This document shows, in pieces, positions 12,893 to 26,493 of a stretch of DNA of 64,000 nucleotides. Position numbers and translations under genes: made by a program. The notes below the pieces were generated by a model. It was not told where the DNA came from, made no database searches, and worked only from the letters and a program-made list of their open reading frames with translations. Source of the DNA: Malacoraja senta (taxonomy: Eukaryota). The stretch covers positions 6,882,001-6,946,000 of the forward strand of contig CM075985.1 in NCBI GenBank assembly GCA_038087875.1, given 5' to 3'. Within the stretch, counting starts at the first letter, position 1, and every line of letters begins with the position of its first letter.

Positions 12893-13384
12893 GTAAGCTA
12901 ACTTTTTCATTATCATCCTCTCTATGTTGTTTTCGACCTGAAATACTGTGGTGTAGTGGCAACATTATTGAATTGGTATCCCGAAGGTCTAAGCTGGTAA
13001 ACAATAGGACTTTAATTCAGGTGGAGATTTGGGAATTTGAATATGGGGATTTGTATTAAAAAGTGGATAACTGCAAATACATCAGTCACTTACGTTCTTT
13101 TGGATGGAAGCTTGCCATTATTACCAGCTCTTGTCCAAAAGTGGCTGCAATCTCATTGGGACTCTTTCTGAGGTAGTTCAATAAATCATGGTGATATGGA
13201 ATTGGTGCAAAGACTAACACCACATGAACTGCAAGGAAGCCTAACAGCATTTTCCCAAATGCACTAGAATGTGCGATAAAGATATTTTTAAAATTCAAAC
13301 AGAAAGACAATCCAGGGGCGTTGATGATGGACATTAATTTTCCTTTTTAGCTATTTCTGGGGTATAATTGACTCAGTAGCTCTG

Positions 13385-13905
13385 TGTTCCCTTACAAAAT
13401 GTTGGTTAGGCTGCATTTGGAGTATAGCGTGCAGTTTTGGTTGCCATATTACAGGAAAGGTATGATTAAGCTGAAGAGTGATTACTCTGGCGAGGGTGTA
13501 GAAAAGATTACTACGTATGTCGCCTGACCCACTGAGTTCCCCAACACTTCGTTTTTGGCTCAAGATTCCAGCACCTGTAGTTCCGTGTGTCTTGTTGCCC
13601 GGATTGGAGGACTTGAGGAGACATTGGATTGGCTCAGTCTGTTTTCCCTGGAGCAAGAGGCATTGAGAAATGACATGATAGAGGTATATAAAATTATGGG
13701 AAGCATAGATAGGATAGATAGTCAGAATCCTGTGGTAGGGGTGACTAAAACGAGAGGGTGTAGCTTTTCAGATGAGAAAAATAATATTTCAAGGGGATCT
13801 AAGGGGTAGGTTTTACACACAAAACTGTCTGGAATGACCTGCTGGAGGAGGTGGCAGAGATAGGCATAATGACATCATTTAAGAAGCACCTGGATAGGTA
13901 TTTGA
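13385..13905 (+). mobile_element. Degenerate CR1 RT C-terminal fragment
   Basis: Decayed homology to LVRPHLEYCVQFW...LFSLE..RLR.DMIEVYKI. Confidence 0.6.
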
Positions 13906-14010
13906 ATGAGCTAGGCGTGGTGGCAATTGGAATTAAACCAGGTGGTGATGGAAATTGTAATGGGAATTGAGGAAGATTAGAAGTATTCAATACCACTGGA
14001 AAAAATGTGA

Positions 14011-17000
14011 TAGAAACATAGAAACATAGAAAATAGGTGCAGGAGTAGGCCATTCGGCCCTTCGAGCCTGCACCGCCATTCAATATGATCATGGCTGATC
14101 ATCCAACTCAGTATCCTGTACCTGCTTTCTCTCCATACCCCCTGATCCCTTTAGCCACAAGGGCCACATCTAACTCCCTGTTAAATATAGCCAATGAACA
14201 GGCCTCAACTACCTTCTGTGGCAGAGAATTCCAGAGATTCACCACTCTCTTTGTGAAAAATGTTTTCCTCATCTCGGTCCTAAAAGATTTCCCCCTTATC
14301 CTTAAACTGTGACCCCTTGTTCTAAACTTCCCCAACATCGGGAACAATCTTCCTGCATCTAGCCTGTCCAACACCTTAAGAATTTTGTACGTTTCTATAA
14401 GATCCCCCCTCAATCTTCTAAATTCTAGCGAGTACAAACCGAGTCTATCCAGCCTTTCTTCATATGAAAGTCCTGCCATCCCAGGAATCAGTCTGGTGAA
14501 CCTTCTCTGTACTCCCTCTATGGCAAGAATGTCTTTCCTCAGATTAGGAGACCAAAACTGTACGCAATGCTCCAGGTGTGGTCTCACCAAGACCCTGTAC
14601 AACTGCAGTAGAACCTCCCTGCTCCTATACTCAAATCCTTTTGCTATGAATGCTAACATACCATTCGCCTTCTTCACTGCCTGCTGCACCTGCATGCCTA
14701 CTTTTAATGACTGGTGTACCATGACACCCAGGTCTCGTTGCATCTCCCCTTTTCCTAATCGGCCACCATTCAGATAATAGTCTACTTTCCTGTTTTTGCC
14801 ACCAAAGTGGATAACCTCACATTTATCCACATTATACTGCATCTGCCATGCATTTGCCCACTCACCCAGCCTATCCAAGTCACCTTGCAGCCTCCGAGCA
14901 TCCTCCTCACAGCTAACACTGCCCCCCAGCTTCGTGTCATCCGCAAACTTGGAGATGTTGCATTCAATTCCCTCGTCCAAATCATTAATATATATCGTAA
15001 TTAGCTGGGGTCCCAGCACTGAGCCTTGCGGTACCCCACTAGTCACTGCCTGCCATTGTGAAAAGGACCCGTTTACTCCTACTCTTTGCTTCCTGTCTGT
15101 CAGCCAGTTCCCTATCCACATCAATACTGAACCCCCAATACCGTGTGCTTTAAGTTTGTATACTAATCTCTTATATGGGACCTTGTCGAAAGCCTTCTGA
15201 AAGTCCAGATATAACACATCCACTGGTTCTCCCTTATCCACTCTACCAGTTACATCCTCGAAAAATTCTATAAGATTCGTCAGACATGATTTACCTTTCA
15301 TAAATCCATGCTGACTTTGTCCAATGATTTCACCACTTTCCAAATGTGCTGCTATCCCATCTTTAATAACTGATTCCAGCAGTTTCCCCACTACCGACGT
15401 TAGACTAACTGGTCTGTAATTCCCCGTTTTCTCTCTCCCTCCCTTTTTAAAAAGTGGGGTTACATTAGCTACCCTCCAATCCTCAGGAACCACTCCAGAA
15501 TCGAAAGAGTTTTGAAAAAGTATCACTAATGCATCCACTATTTCTGGGGCTACTTCCTTAAGTACTCTGGGATGCAGCCTATCTGGCCCTGGGGATTTAT
15601 CGGCCTTTAATCCATTCAATTTACCTAACACCACTTCCCGGCTAACCTGGATTTCACTCAGTTCCTCCATCTCATTTGACCCCTGGTCCCCTGCTATTTC
15701 CGGCAGATTATTTATGTCTTCCTTAGTGAAGAAGGAACCAAAGTAGTTATTCAATTGGTCCACCATATCCTTGTTCCCCATGATCAATTCACCTGTTTCT
15801 GACTGCAAGGGACCTACGTTTGTTTTAACTAATCTCTTTCTCTTCACTTATCTATAAAAACTTTTGCAGTCAGTTTTTATGTTCCCTGCCAGTTTTCTTT
15901 CATAATCTATTTTCCCTTTCCTAATTAAGCCCTTTGTCCTCCTCTGCTGGACTCTGAATTTCTCCCAGTCCTCTGGTAGGCTGCTTTTTCTGGCTAATTT
16001 GTACGCTTCATCTTTTGTTTTGATACTATCCCTGATTTCCCTTGTTATCCATGGATGCACTACGTTCCCTGATTTATTTTTTTGCCAAACTGGGATGAAC
16101 AATTGTTGTAGTTCATCCATGCAGTCTTTAAATGCCTTCCATTGCATATCTACCGTCAACCCATTAAGAATCAATTGCCAGTCTATCTTGGCCAATTCAC
16201 TTCTCATACCCTCAAAATTACCTTTCTTTAAGTTCAGGACCCTTGTTTCTGAATTAACAATGTCACTCTCCATCCTAATGAAGAACTCAACCATATTATG
16301 GTCACTCTTGCCCAAGGGGCCATGCACAACAAGACTGCTAACTAACCCTTCCTCATTACTCAATACCCAATCTAGAATAGCCTGCTCTCTCGTTGGTTCC
16401 TCTACATGTTGGTTTAGAAAACTATCCCGCATACATTCCAAGAAATCCTCTTCCTCAGCACCATTGCCAATTTGATTCACCCAATCTATATGTAAATTGA
16501 AGTCACCCATTATAACTGTTTTACCTTTGTTGCACGCATTTCTAATTTCTTGTTTGATGCCATCCCCAACTCCACTACTACTGTTAGGTGGCCTGTACAC
16601 AACTCCCATTAGCGTTTTCTGCCCCTTAGTGTTTCGCAGCTCTACCCATATCGATTCCACATCCTCCAAGCTAAAGTCCTTCCTTTCTATTGCGTTAATC
16701 TGCTCTCTAACCAGCAACACTACCCCACCTCCTTTCCCTTTCTGTCTATCCCTCCTGAATATTGAATATCCCTGGATGTTCAGCTCCCAGCCTTGGTTAC
16801 CCTGGAGCCATTTTACACCCCTCTGTCTCTACTCTCACACATTTAAGAAACCCTTTCCCTTTAACTCCATCCTCAACTATCCCATTCGACACCCCACCCC
16901 CCTTATTCAGTTTAAAACCACCCGTGTAGCAATGGCAAACCTGCCTGCCAGAATGCTGGTCCCCCACCTGTTAAGATGCAATCCGTCCCTTTTGTACAGT

Positions 17001-17930
17001 TCCATTTTACTCCAAAACAGATCCCAGTGACCTAAGAATCTAAATCCCTGCCCCGTGCACCAGTTCCTCAGCCACACATTCAGGTCCCGTATCTCCCGGT
17101 TCCTGCTCTCGCCAGCACGAGGAACTGGAAGCAAACCGGAGATAACAACCCTGGAGGTACTGCTTTTCAGCATTTTTCCGAGCTCTCTAAAGTCACGCTG
17201 CAGAATATTCATCCCCTTCTTTCCTACATCGTTTGTGCCAACATGCACTACCACTTCCGGCTGTTCACCTTCGCCCTTGAGGATTTTCTGCACTCTGTCC
17301 ATGACATCCTGGATCCTGGCACCAGGAAGGCAGCACACCATGCTCGAATCCCGTCTGTTGCCGCAGAAACCCCTGTCCGTACCTCTCACAATGGAGTCTC
17401 CCACTACAATGGCGTTGCCTGACTTTGGCCTTTTTGGTTTTGGCTCAACAGCCCTATTCGCATCGCAAGCCAGTCTGCCGCTCAGTGTTAAAACATCTTC
17501 TGTCCCGACAGCTTCTAAGTGGGTGAATCTGTTCACAAGAGGTACAACACCCGGGGACGTTTGCATTCCATGCTTCCCTCCCTTTCTCCCACCTTCTCTC
17601 TTCCAGTACCATAGGTGTAACAATCTTACTGTAGGACTTGTCGAGGAACGACTCCGTTTCTCGGACAAACCTGAGGTCATCCACTTGCTTCTCCAGTTCC
17701 CCAACACGGTCCTTCAGGAGCTGTACCTGGATGCACTTGTCACATTTGTAGCAGCCAGAGGCACCAGCAGTCTCCTTGACCTCCCACATACTGCAAGCAT
17801 CACACTGAATCAGCTTGCCTGACATCTCCTTCTTTCGTCTCTCCCTCTGCAGTGTTTTGCGTAGTCTCCTCTCCTCGCCGAAGACTCTCGAGCCAAAGAC
17901 TCACACTTTTCTCACAGGGCACTTCCCTCA
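14011..17930 (-). mobile_element. CR1-clade LINE, near full length, inactivated
   Basis: ORF1 zinc finger (CDAC..CDKC, 17454-17825) frameshifted to SGNH domain (GDS, GTND, DGLH; 16907-17707); ~220-nt deletion at 16810; ORF2 split by a stop at 15848; (TAGAAACA)n tail at 14011. Confidence 0.95.
14108..16720 (-). pseudogene. CR1 ORF2 with one in-frame stop and N-terminal deletion
   Basis: ORFs 15848-16720 and 14108-15847 are contiguous in the same frame and nearly identical to 646-3357. Confidence 0.9.
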
Positions 17931-19010
17931 CATGGTTACAATCGAAAGAAATCTATGGTGATAGAAGCTGCTGTCTCTATCTCTCTTCGTTTGTCTCGGT
18001 GTCAGGGGTTATTTGGGAGAAGGTAGGAAAATGGGGTTATGAGGGAGAGATAGATCTGCCACGATTGAATGGAGGAGTAGGCATGATGGGAAGTATGGCC
18101 TAATTCTGCTCCTACAACTTATTCACTTAAAACATGAAATATACATATTTTCAGTGGTCAAATGTTTCATGGTAAGGAACCGAATAGAAAAGAGAGCAAT
18201 TAATAACCATGGGGAATTTTAATTAATAGGGCAGAAATAAATATCTAGGTAGTTGCAAGGTAACAGGGGAATGGAGATTCTACAATAGTCTAAAGAAGGG
18301 TCTCGACCCGAAACGTCACCCATTCCTCTCTGAGATACTGCCTGGCTCGCTGAGTTACTCCAGCATTTTGTGTCTACCTTCGATATAAACCAGTTTCTGC
18401 AGTTCTTTCCTACACATCCTACAATAGATACAGATCTCATTCCTTACTCAATATGTTGAAAATGTTCATATTGGATCTTGTATTGGGAATGAACAAGAGC
18501 AAATAATTGAAAGTAAGGGAACATCTAGATGAGAAGTAATCTATTTTTAGATGATAATAGATAAGGATTATTAAAACAACAGGTAAATTGATTGGAGAAT
18601 ATCTAATTTTGCGGGTCTGTAATGGAAAGATGAAAGAACAATAATACTGGCAAACAACAAAGTGAGACATTTAAATTGTTCAACAAAGTGTATGAAAAAT
18701 ATATTCCAGTTAAAGGAAGTAACTGGTCTTGGGAGAATAAAGACAAAAAGAAAAGGAAAGAATACAATTTAAATACAAAAATAGCATCATAAGAGAGGAT
18801 ACAAAGGATTAGGGAGAAAATGAAACAAAAAACAGAAGGCAAAGAGGAACTATGAAATTATCAATGAACATAAAATAAATAACTTTTATTTCAGAAGTAT
18901 CAATTACAATTTTATAATATTAAAGGTGATATAATAAATAAACAAGGTAGGCACAAATTGATGGAGTAACTCAGCGGGAACGGCAGCATCTCTGGAGAGA
19001 AGGAATGGGT

Positions 19011-19038
19011 GACGTTTCGGGTCGAGACCCTTCTTCAG
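19011..19038 (-). ncRNA. Minimal hammerhead ribozyme core
   Basis: Reverse complement reads CUGAAGAAGGGUCUCGACCCGAAACGUC. Confidence 0.7.
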
Positions 19039-19246
19039 ACAAACAAATTAAACTAAAAGCAGGTAAAATTCTGCTCTGGATGAATTTTATCCACAGCTGA
19101 GAAGAACCTAGGGAATAGATAGCATAAATATTATCAGTTTATAATCAGTTTTTGGAAAAAGGTGCAGAACACGAGAATTAGCAATCGCTAACATAATACA
19201 TACATTTAAAAGAGGGATGAGACACATCCACAAAGTTATACATAGT

Positions 19247-20273
19247 AGGTATGTTACAATACTTACCTTCAGTCGCGCTGTAATTCTGCCACTGGCCGTG
19301 TGCGCGATTTTGGCGCCTTTAAGGGAGGGGGGCGGGGTTAAAACGCGGTTTCTCCTCCCTTGTCCTGAATTATATTTCGTTGGAGTACAACCTTTTGCTG
19401 AAAAATCGTTCCTAGTGGCGTTTTGTGAATTTTTTATTTTTATTAAATCGTCAATGTCAGCGCTGGAGTAATTTTAAAATCAGCTCCTGAAGCGTCAACG
19501 CCGATAACGGGGACGGACAGGTAAACGAAAGTGGTTTCTTTAAATGTATAAAAGTGCTTCTTAAGAAGCCTTTAATTCACATTTTTTCATGCGAAACGGT
19601 GATTTTATTCTCCGAACTAACGGCAGTATTTTTCATGCCAATACGGGGTTAAATTCACCGCAAATGAACGTTCCAAAAGATCGCGTTCCAGAAATCCTCA
19701 CTCACAAGATGATTTAAATGCCCATTAATTTACAGGTATTAAACATTCAATTCCTTCCATTTGGCCTGTAAATTCATGAAAATGAGATAAAAAAATTATG
19801 TTATATTGTGAATTATTGTGTGAATGTTATTTGGACACTTAGGCTATTTAAAAATGTTAATCTATTCTTAAGAAATTGATAGATGTTTAGATCTAGTAAT
19901 TGAATTTTGTAATTAGCTACAATTAGGTAACTAACTAATTATATGCTTTACTTTCATGTCTTCTAAGTAAGATTGTTTCATATTTGTTTCAGAATGCTTC
20001 AATCTATAATAACTGAAAATGTCTTTCAGTTATCTTAATTTTTAAGAAAGTTATGGGCTTTTAACTGTCCTCGATCACAGCTTTTGAGTTAAGTCAATGG
20101 AAAAGCAATAGGGAACAAGATGCTAATTTCCGAGTATGAAAGTGGCCATAACTTCTTTAATACTGAAGATATGAAAGTGAATTAGGTGTCAAATTAAACT
20201 TCTTTTTATGCTTTATCTGATGGGATAAATTGCAGACTTTATTTTTAAAATCTCAAAATGTTGTAACATTGCT
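19247..20273. mobile_element. Non-autonomous DNA transposon, superfamily not assigned
   Basis: Imperfect TIR aggtatgttacaa / ttgtaacattgct; ATACATAGT repeated at 19238-19246 and 20274-20282; CpG-richer left half. Confidence 0.75.
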
Positions 20274-20877
20274 ATACATAGTCCACGTAATGTCAGCGGA
20301 TGGAAATATAATGGAATCCCAAATAAAGGAGAGAAAAGAATTCAAGCTAGACATGTAAAGAATAATAAGGAAAGATAAGCATTTATTTCAAAATTGAACT
20401 TTTTGCTTGAGAACAAGTGATGGCAGGGAGTGGTTGAAAAGAATAACATCGATATTTTAACATAGAAGCCTACACTGATTGACAAAGCTGAGGAAGGATA
20501 GGAGGAAGCTGGAATGGAGATGTTTAGTTCAATGGCCTGTTTCTATTCTAAGTAAGTACTTGGCTGACCAGGTGGTTGACATAAGTAAATTACTGGAAAA
20601 TATGATTGTTTTCTCTGGGCCATGAGGAACTGGTTGGATTGCTCAACTAGGAGCCAGCATAGACTCAACAGGGTAAATGGCTGCTTTCTGTGCCCTATTT
20701 CCATTCAAGACGATCCATGTTAAGATATCCTCTGCATACATGAAACATGATATCCCAATGAAGTCTTGAAACTTGACAAACAGCACAGGTGTAAGTAAAA
20801 TATTATTTACATAGCCATGTAATATTATATGGCATATTATATCTCAGGGTTGGATATTTTATTATTGTTCCTCACAG

Positions 20878-20937
20878 GGTGATGATGGACTGGGGGTCCA
20901 AGGACCAAGAGGTGGTCGAGGGTTTCCAGGTCGTAGG
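20878..20937 (+). CDS. Collagen exon, 60 nt, GDDGLGVQGPRGGRGFPGRR
   Basis: ctcacag|GGT...AGG|gtgaga; aligns with COL7A1 GDPGVGLPGPRGERGEPGIR. Confidence 0.93.
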
Positions 20938-20959
20938 GTGAGATCTCAGATACTTCCGT

Positions 20960-21430
20960 TTAAAACCTCTCTCTCCCTTGCTCTGTACCACTGTCTTAGG
21001 TCCCCTCACCATCGCTATTATCCCTATTGTTTACTCTCCGTCTCATTCTGCAATTTCTTCCCATTCCATCTCCATATCAACCAGTTTATTTTATCTTTAT
21101 TTTTTCTTTTCTTTTTTAGCTCACTCTCTTTATCCACTTTACAATTCATTATCTCTAATCTTCTTTCTCCCAGAAAGTTTTATTCTCCCTCTTTATGTCT
21201 CTACCTCTCTATTGTTAGCTCACTCTTTATTCTCCAGATCTAATTTTCTCCCCATTCTGCCTTTCAGTCAACTCCCTCTTTTCCCTCTGGTTCTATCCCT
21301 CCTTCTGTATTCCCTTTCTCTACTCTCTCTCTCTTTCGATCCACCTTTATCTCTATCATTCTTTGTCCATCTTTCTCTCTCTCTCCATTTCCTTTGCTCA
21401 TTCTCTCTCACATTCTTTGCATCCTTTTTT
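20960..21430. repeat. CT-rich low-complexity tract
   Basis: Almost G-free pyrimidine-rich sequence immediately after the 20878 exon. Confidence 0.8.
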
Positions 21431-22709
21431 AAACAAACTGGTAATTGAACTATTGCTGGCTGTGCAGAAATCCTAACATGGATTTTTGGTAAATGGCAGA
21501 AAATAAATTCCTTTTGAATTCCAGTCTGTGCTGAAATACTGTAGCTGTATTTGAAGTTGAGACATTCCAGTAATCTTAATGTGACAGCATTTTGCTCTGC
21601 CTCTCTGTGTCACAAATTGAAATTTGTATAAATCTAACCATTCTAGACACAGTCCACTGGTGATACAATATGGTGAATTACCAGATCATCCATAGACACT
21701 TTGAGGATGAGAGGTGTTTATAAATTGAAACTCCACTTGCCATAAACAAGCCATGGCAAGCTTTCCCTTTAGTTTCTCCCATTCACCCCTAACTTGAGCT
21801 CTCTACTCCCTTGTCCGGCAGCTACATGAGCTATGTTGATGCTATGTTGATGCCATTTTTTTTAAAGTTATATCGTCAACCACAGCTTCCATTGTTGCAA
21901 CAAGTTACTTCATTTCAATAGTTTTGGAAATAAGAAAAGAGTTTCCACAAAATGATACATTTACAAAGGGCTACACACACGTCAGATGGGAAAAATAAAA
22001 CCGCCTGAACATCTCTCTGTCACAAATCTCTGCGAACAACATATTGACATGGAATGCCATTTATAAACAACAAGCTTTCAGCACTTTTTCCAAAGGCTTT
22101 TAACTGACTCAATAAATTTTCGCTATTGCCCTTCTAAAGGCTCAAGAACACATCTCCAACCAGGGAACTGTTATTTCACATAGTGAATGATATATCTCCA
22201 TTGGAGTCAGATACACTTTACCCTCTACCTGTCACTGTTATTCTCACAGCTTATACATTCAGAGGGTTTTTGTTCTCTTGGTGTATGCTCCCTTTTTGGG
22301 TAATTTCTGCAATTGTCTATGGTTAATTTCTGGATTTGGCCTATAAATTGTCTTCAGTGTACAACTGTTTGATCCCATTAATGTAAGTACAGTTATTAAT
22401 TCTTCCTCTTTTTCTCTTTTTCTCAAGTTCTGTTCATCCCTTGCTCACTTTGTGTCCAACTCTCCCTCTTTTTGTTTTCTTCTTTTCCTTCTATCTCTCT
22501 CCCTAACTATCGATAGTTATCATCATCACATGTAATTAAAATGTACAAAATAATTTGAATCAAATCATAATAAATCTCATTAAGGTAGTTCATATCATGG
22601 CTTCTGCTGCTTCATCAATGGCAGAAATCATCCCCTACTAATGAAAATAATCGTTTATTTGTACAAGTATCTACCTGTTTTGATATTGCAATATTTTCAG
22701 CTCGCATAT

Positions 22710-23048
22710 AGGGGGGTTGCACGTAAGGTCAAAATGTTGAATTTTTTCGTTGCCAATGTTCGCCAAGCACTTTAGCTGTTGTTGTCCCTTCAGCTCTCGC
22801 TTCTCTTTACCTTCATTTCGCTTCACTTTCGGGATTCTGAAGTTGGGTACGTGTCTCTCACACTTACCCCGACTTTCACAATTTTTTACAGCGAAAAAAT
22901 TCAACATTTTGGCGGTTTTTAACAGGTAGGAAAGTACGCGTTTCTAGCATTAATAACATATACCGGAAGTTACGTATGTCCTCCAGATGGATTAAGCGGC
23001 TCCGTGCGTCAAGCCCTATAACCCAGTGACCTTACGTGCAACCCCCCT
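22710..23048. mobile_element. MITE with perfect 22-bp TIRs
   Basis: aggggggttgcacgtaaggtca ... tgaccttacgtgcaacccccct, flanked by AT (or TATA) on both sides. Confidence 0.85.
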
Positions 23049-23233
23049 ATAGGCTGACAGACTGGCTTACAAAACTCCATCTCAATTAGTGCCTCACATC
23101 GGTCATATTTGATAGCTATGATCAGGAAATGTTACACATTCAGAATACAGGAAGAACATTTGTTAACACTCACACTATAGTGTACGTTGCAAACTGAAAT
23201 CTAATCAATGTTCACTTTGAAAAATATTCCTAG

Positions 23234-23278
23234 GGAGTTAATGGTGCTCCTGGATCAGTCGGAGAATTGGGGCTCGTG
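23234..23278 (+). CDS. Collagen exon, 45 nt, GVNGAPGSVGELGLV
   Basis: tcctag|GGA...GTG|gtaagt. Confidence 0.9.
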
Positions 23279-23471
23279 GTAAGTTATTGGGATGCGAGTG
23301 AATGTTGACCATGAAGGAACACTTTAAAAAAGTGTATTTTCAGAAATAAGGATCAGAAAATGTGAATATTTTTTTAAACATCCCCCCCCCCCCCACTCAG
23401 CATTCCCTGGAACACAGAATAATCAACATAATATAGGCAACAGTGTGATAGAAGAAATCCTTCTTAGACAA

Positions 23472-23700
23472 GGATAGCACGGTGGCACAGCAGTAGAGTT
23501 GCTGCCTTATAGCGCTTACAGCGCCAGAGACCTGGGTTCAATCCTACCATGGGTGTTTGTCTGTACAGATTTTGTACGTTCTCCCCGTAACCTGCGTGGG
23601 TTTTCTCCCAGATATTTGGTTTCCTCCCACACTCCAAAGACGTACATGTTTGTAGGTTAATTAACTTGGTATAAATGTAAAAAATGTCCTTACTGTTGGA
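23472..23700 (+). mobile_element. V-SINE (HE1-like), 3'-truncated
   Basis: ggtggcacagcagtagag A-box, ggttcaatcc B-box, V-domain. Confidence 0.8.
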
Positions 23701-24298
23701 TGGTGTTAATGATTCAGATAATCTTCTATTTTGTTTCTTAGTTTTATTATCATTCATAACTTTATGATTAGTGAGCCTATAGCTGCCAGAATATGGTGAT
23801 ATCTCCCTTGTATAATATGGGAGCATCATATGCCAAGTTACAGATTATTAGAAGCTCTTCAATATAGCTCTAAATAAACCATAATTATCCTTCCTTGTTT
23901 GTCGAAGTTTGAGATCATCTAATCAAATGGCTTGGAATGGAGTGGTGTTTAATAGATTGTAGCTCATTCTGAACTTTAAATTTCAAATCCATAGTTCAGA
24001 TATAGTAAATGCTTGATGTTGCATGGTACAGTGTTAGCATCCATCCTAATAAAAAACACACTAAGTGCTTTAATCATCCCCAGTTTATTTTCATGTTCTA
24101 TACAACATGGCGTCCTTAAGGCAAAAAAGTCCAAATTGTGGCCTGGAATCTGAATGAAACCACTGGGTACTTCTAACCTGCCTCAGTAAGAACAAGTAAC
24201 TGAGTTCTATTCAAAGAGCAGGATGACATTGGCAATTCTGTACAGAATCACCAGCTTATCCAGCGTGTAAGTTATGGTGTTTCAGTGCAGAGGATCAC

Positions 24299-24389
24299 AG
24301 AAACATAGAAACATAGAAATTAGGTGCAGGAGTAGGCCATTCGGCCCTTCGAGCCTGCACCGCCATTCAATATGATCATGGCTGATCAT
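24299..24389 (-). mobile_element. CR1 3' UTR fragment
   Basis: Matches 14011-14100 including the (AGAAACAT)n tail. Confidence 0.85.
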
Positions 24390-24825
24390 AAGAAAGGCAT
24401 GTGCTAGAGGTTTGGGACTCGCATGTCTGACCCACTGTATCACAGGACTCAGCCCTTGAGTCCAGGGAGAGTGGCCTTATCGACTGAGTTGAATGGAGGA
24501 TACAATTCATATTCTCCCGTTCATTCTTACTCCAGCCAAGGTTGACAAATCCAACATATTTCCATTGATTTAAATGGGGTTGTCAGCCTGGATTGAAAAG
24601 GGAAATGCAGATAAATGCTTTGTTCTTGTTCATTCATTTAAAATTTTGAATATTTTCAAATAAATCTAGTATTTTTTTATTTTTTTTTAAGTAAATATCT
24701 TGATTATTTAGAAACAGTGACAAATGCTTTGATGGCATGAAGAGGGTGGCGGGGGTAAAAGCATGAGAAGCAGGTCTTCAGCCACAGAGGCCAATTAATT
24801 AATCTTCCTTCCACCCTCCTGACAG

Positions 24826-24861
24826 GGTCTGAAAGGATTATCCGGTCTGAAAGGAATAAAG
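24826..24861 (+). CDS. Collagen exon, 36 nt, GLKGLSGLKGIK
   Basis: pyrimidine tract, gacag|GGT...AAG|gtataa. Confidence 0.85.
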
Positions 24862-26012
24862 GTATAAACTTCAAGTGTGTTGACAACATAATGGACCTGG
24901 TAACAAATCCATTGCATTATTAAGCACAGATTATTTTATCTTTGAATACATGGCTGATTTTTGAAAAAGCTATCTAATTAGTCCTTATTTCTATATTTCT
25001 TTATGAGCTAGAAGGAGAGCATTTCCACGATCAAGTCCAGACTAGTAGCTCACACGACAATCTTATTCCTTCATTGATTTCCCTCTAATCTATTCTCCCC
25101 ACATCCAATCAACATCTGAAGGGTCTCGACCCGAAACGTCACCTATTCCTTCGCTCCATAGATGCTGCCTCACCCGCTGAGTTTCTCCAGCATTTTTATC
25201 TACCTTCCTCTCAACATCATGTTATTCTTCCCTGTGATCATTCCTTCTTCTCCCTCCTCTCCTGCCAGGCAGAAGATACAGAAGCTTGAAAGCATGCACT
25301 ATCAAACTCCTCTGTAATCAGGCTTCTGAACGGTCCTTCCATAAGCTACGGTACTGTCCGATTCACCTCCACCCCATTGTGGACATTGGAATTTGTCTAT
25401 GGGACAGGTGCACTACAATGCCGAAAACTATAGTCTGCACTCTGTATCTTCCCCTTTGTTCTACCTGTTGTACTTGAGTTCATCTTGATTATATGTATGT
25501 ATAGTATTATCTGATTTGATTGGATAACATGCAAAAGCTTTTCACTGTACCTCAGTACATCTGAGAGTAATAAACCAAAACCTAAATAGACTTTAAGTGG
25601 TTAGTCTTTGATTGGACTCTGCTGTGTTCTATTATTACCGCTTAACCTACTCTAAGTATTTCTCAAGACTCTTCTGGATGGTATCACATCCTTCGTAATG
25701 ATTCTACATCAGAATTATACTACTTGTCTTCTGTTCCGCAATTAGTCATTTTCATCTTTAAATCTCACTCCCTGCCCTGGATCTCCTCATTTCTTTCCCC
25801 AACTTCCATCATATTACACCATTGTCTAATTTCTTCATTCCTTCATTCCTTGCATCATGTGCACCATTGAGCGACTGTGCCCAAGTTTCACATTTTGGAG
25901 TTTCTTCCCTCACGTCTTCAATCTCCCTTTTTTTTGTGACCTTCGATAATCACAAAGTTAGAAAACTTTTCCGCAAGAACTGTCTAGTGAAATGTCTGTG
26001 CTTTTATTTCAG

Positions 26013-26048
26013 GGAGAATTGGGGATTGCAGGAATTAAAGGTGATAAG
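26013..26048 (+). CDS. Collagen exon, 36 nt, GELGIAGIKGDK
   Basis: atttcag|GGA...AAG|gtaatt; cf. COL7A1 GDVGSAGLKGDK. Confidence 0.92.
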
Positions 26049-26493
26049 GTAATTATATTTCTAGACTATATTTTACAATACACTTACAGCATAAAGACAG
26101 GCCAGATTGTCCATAGAAACACAAGAGAGTACAGAGAGCAGTGGATCATGGCCACAGTTCTCCCCTCCTTTGAAGCATCTACATGAGGCACTGCCTCCAA
26201 GAGGTGGCATCTTTTGTGGATATCAGAAATTTGGATAATTGGGAAAATGGCAGATGTCTGTGAAGATGTCTGTGAAACCTGCTTCACTAAGGGTGACATC
26301 ATTTGCATGGAGCTGGAGACCCATGTGACATAGATGGCTCCAGGTAGTCTGAAGCCTGGGAAGCAAAGATATGCTGGGAAGGGGTTGCAGAAGGTTTCTG
26401 GCCAGATGGCCTGCAAGTTGCCAATATGTCTGGGATTCTGCAGGTGAAGCTATGCCCTGATGCTAAAGGCATGCTTGTGATTGGTGGGGGAAA

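Noticed and set aside
20938-21448. Hydrophobic Leu/Ser/Phe-rich ORFs
   Set aside because: Translation of a CT-rich low-complexity tract.
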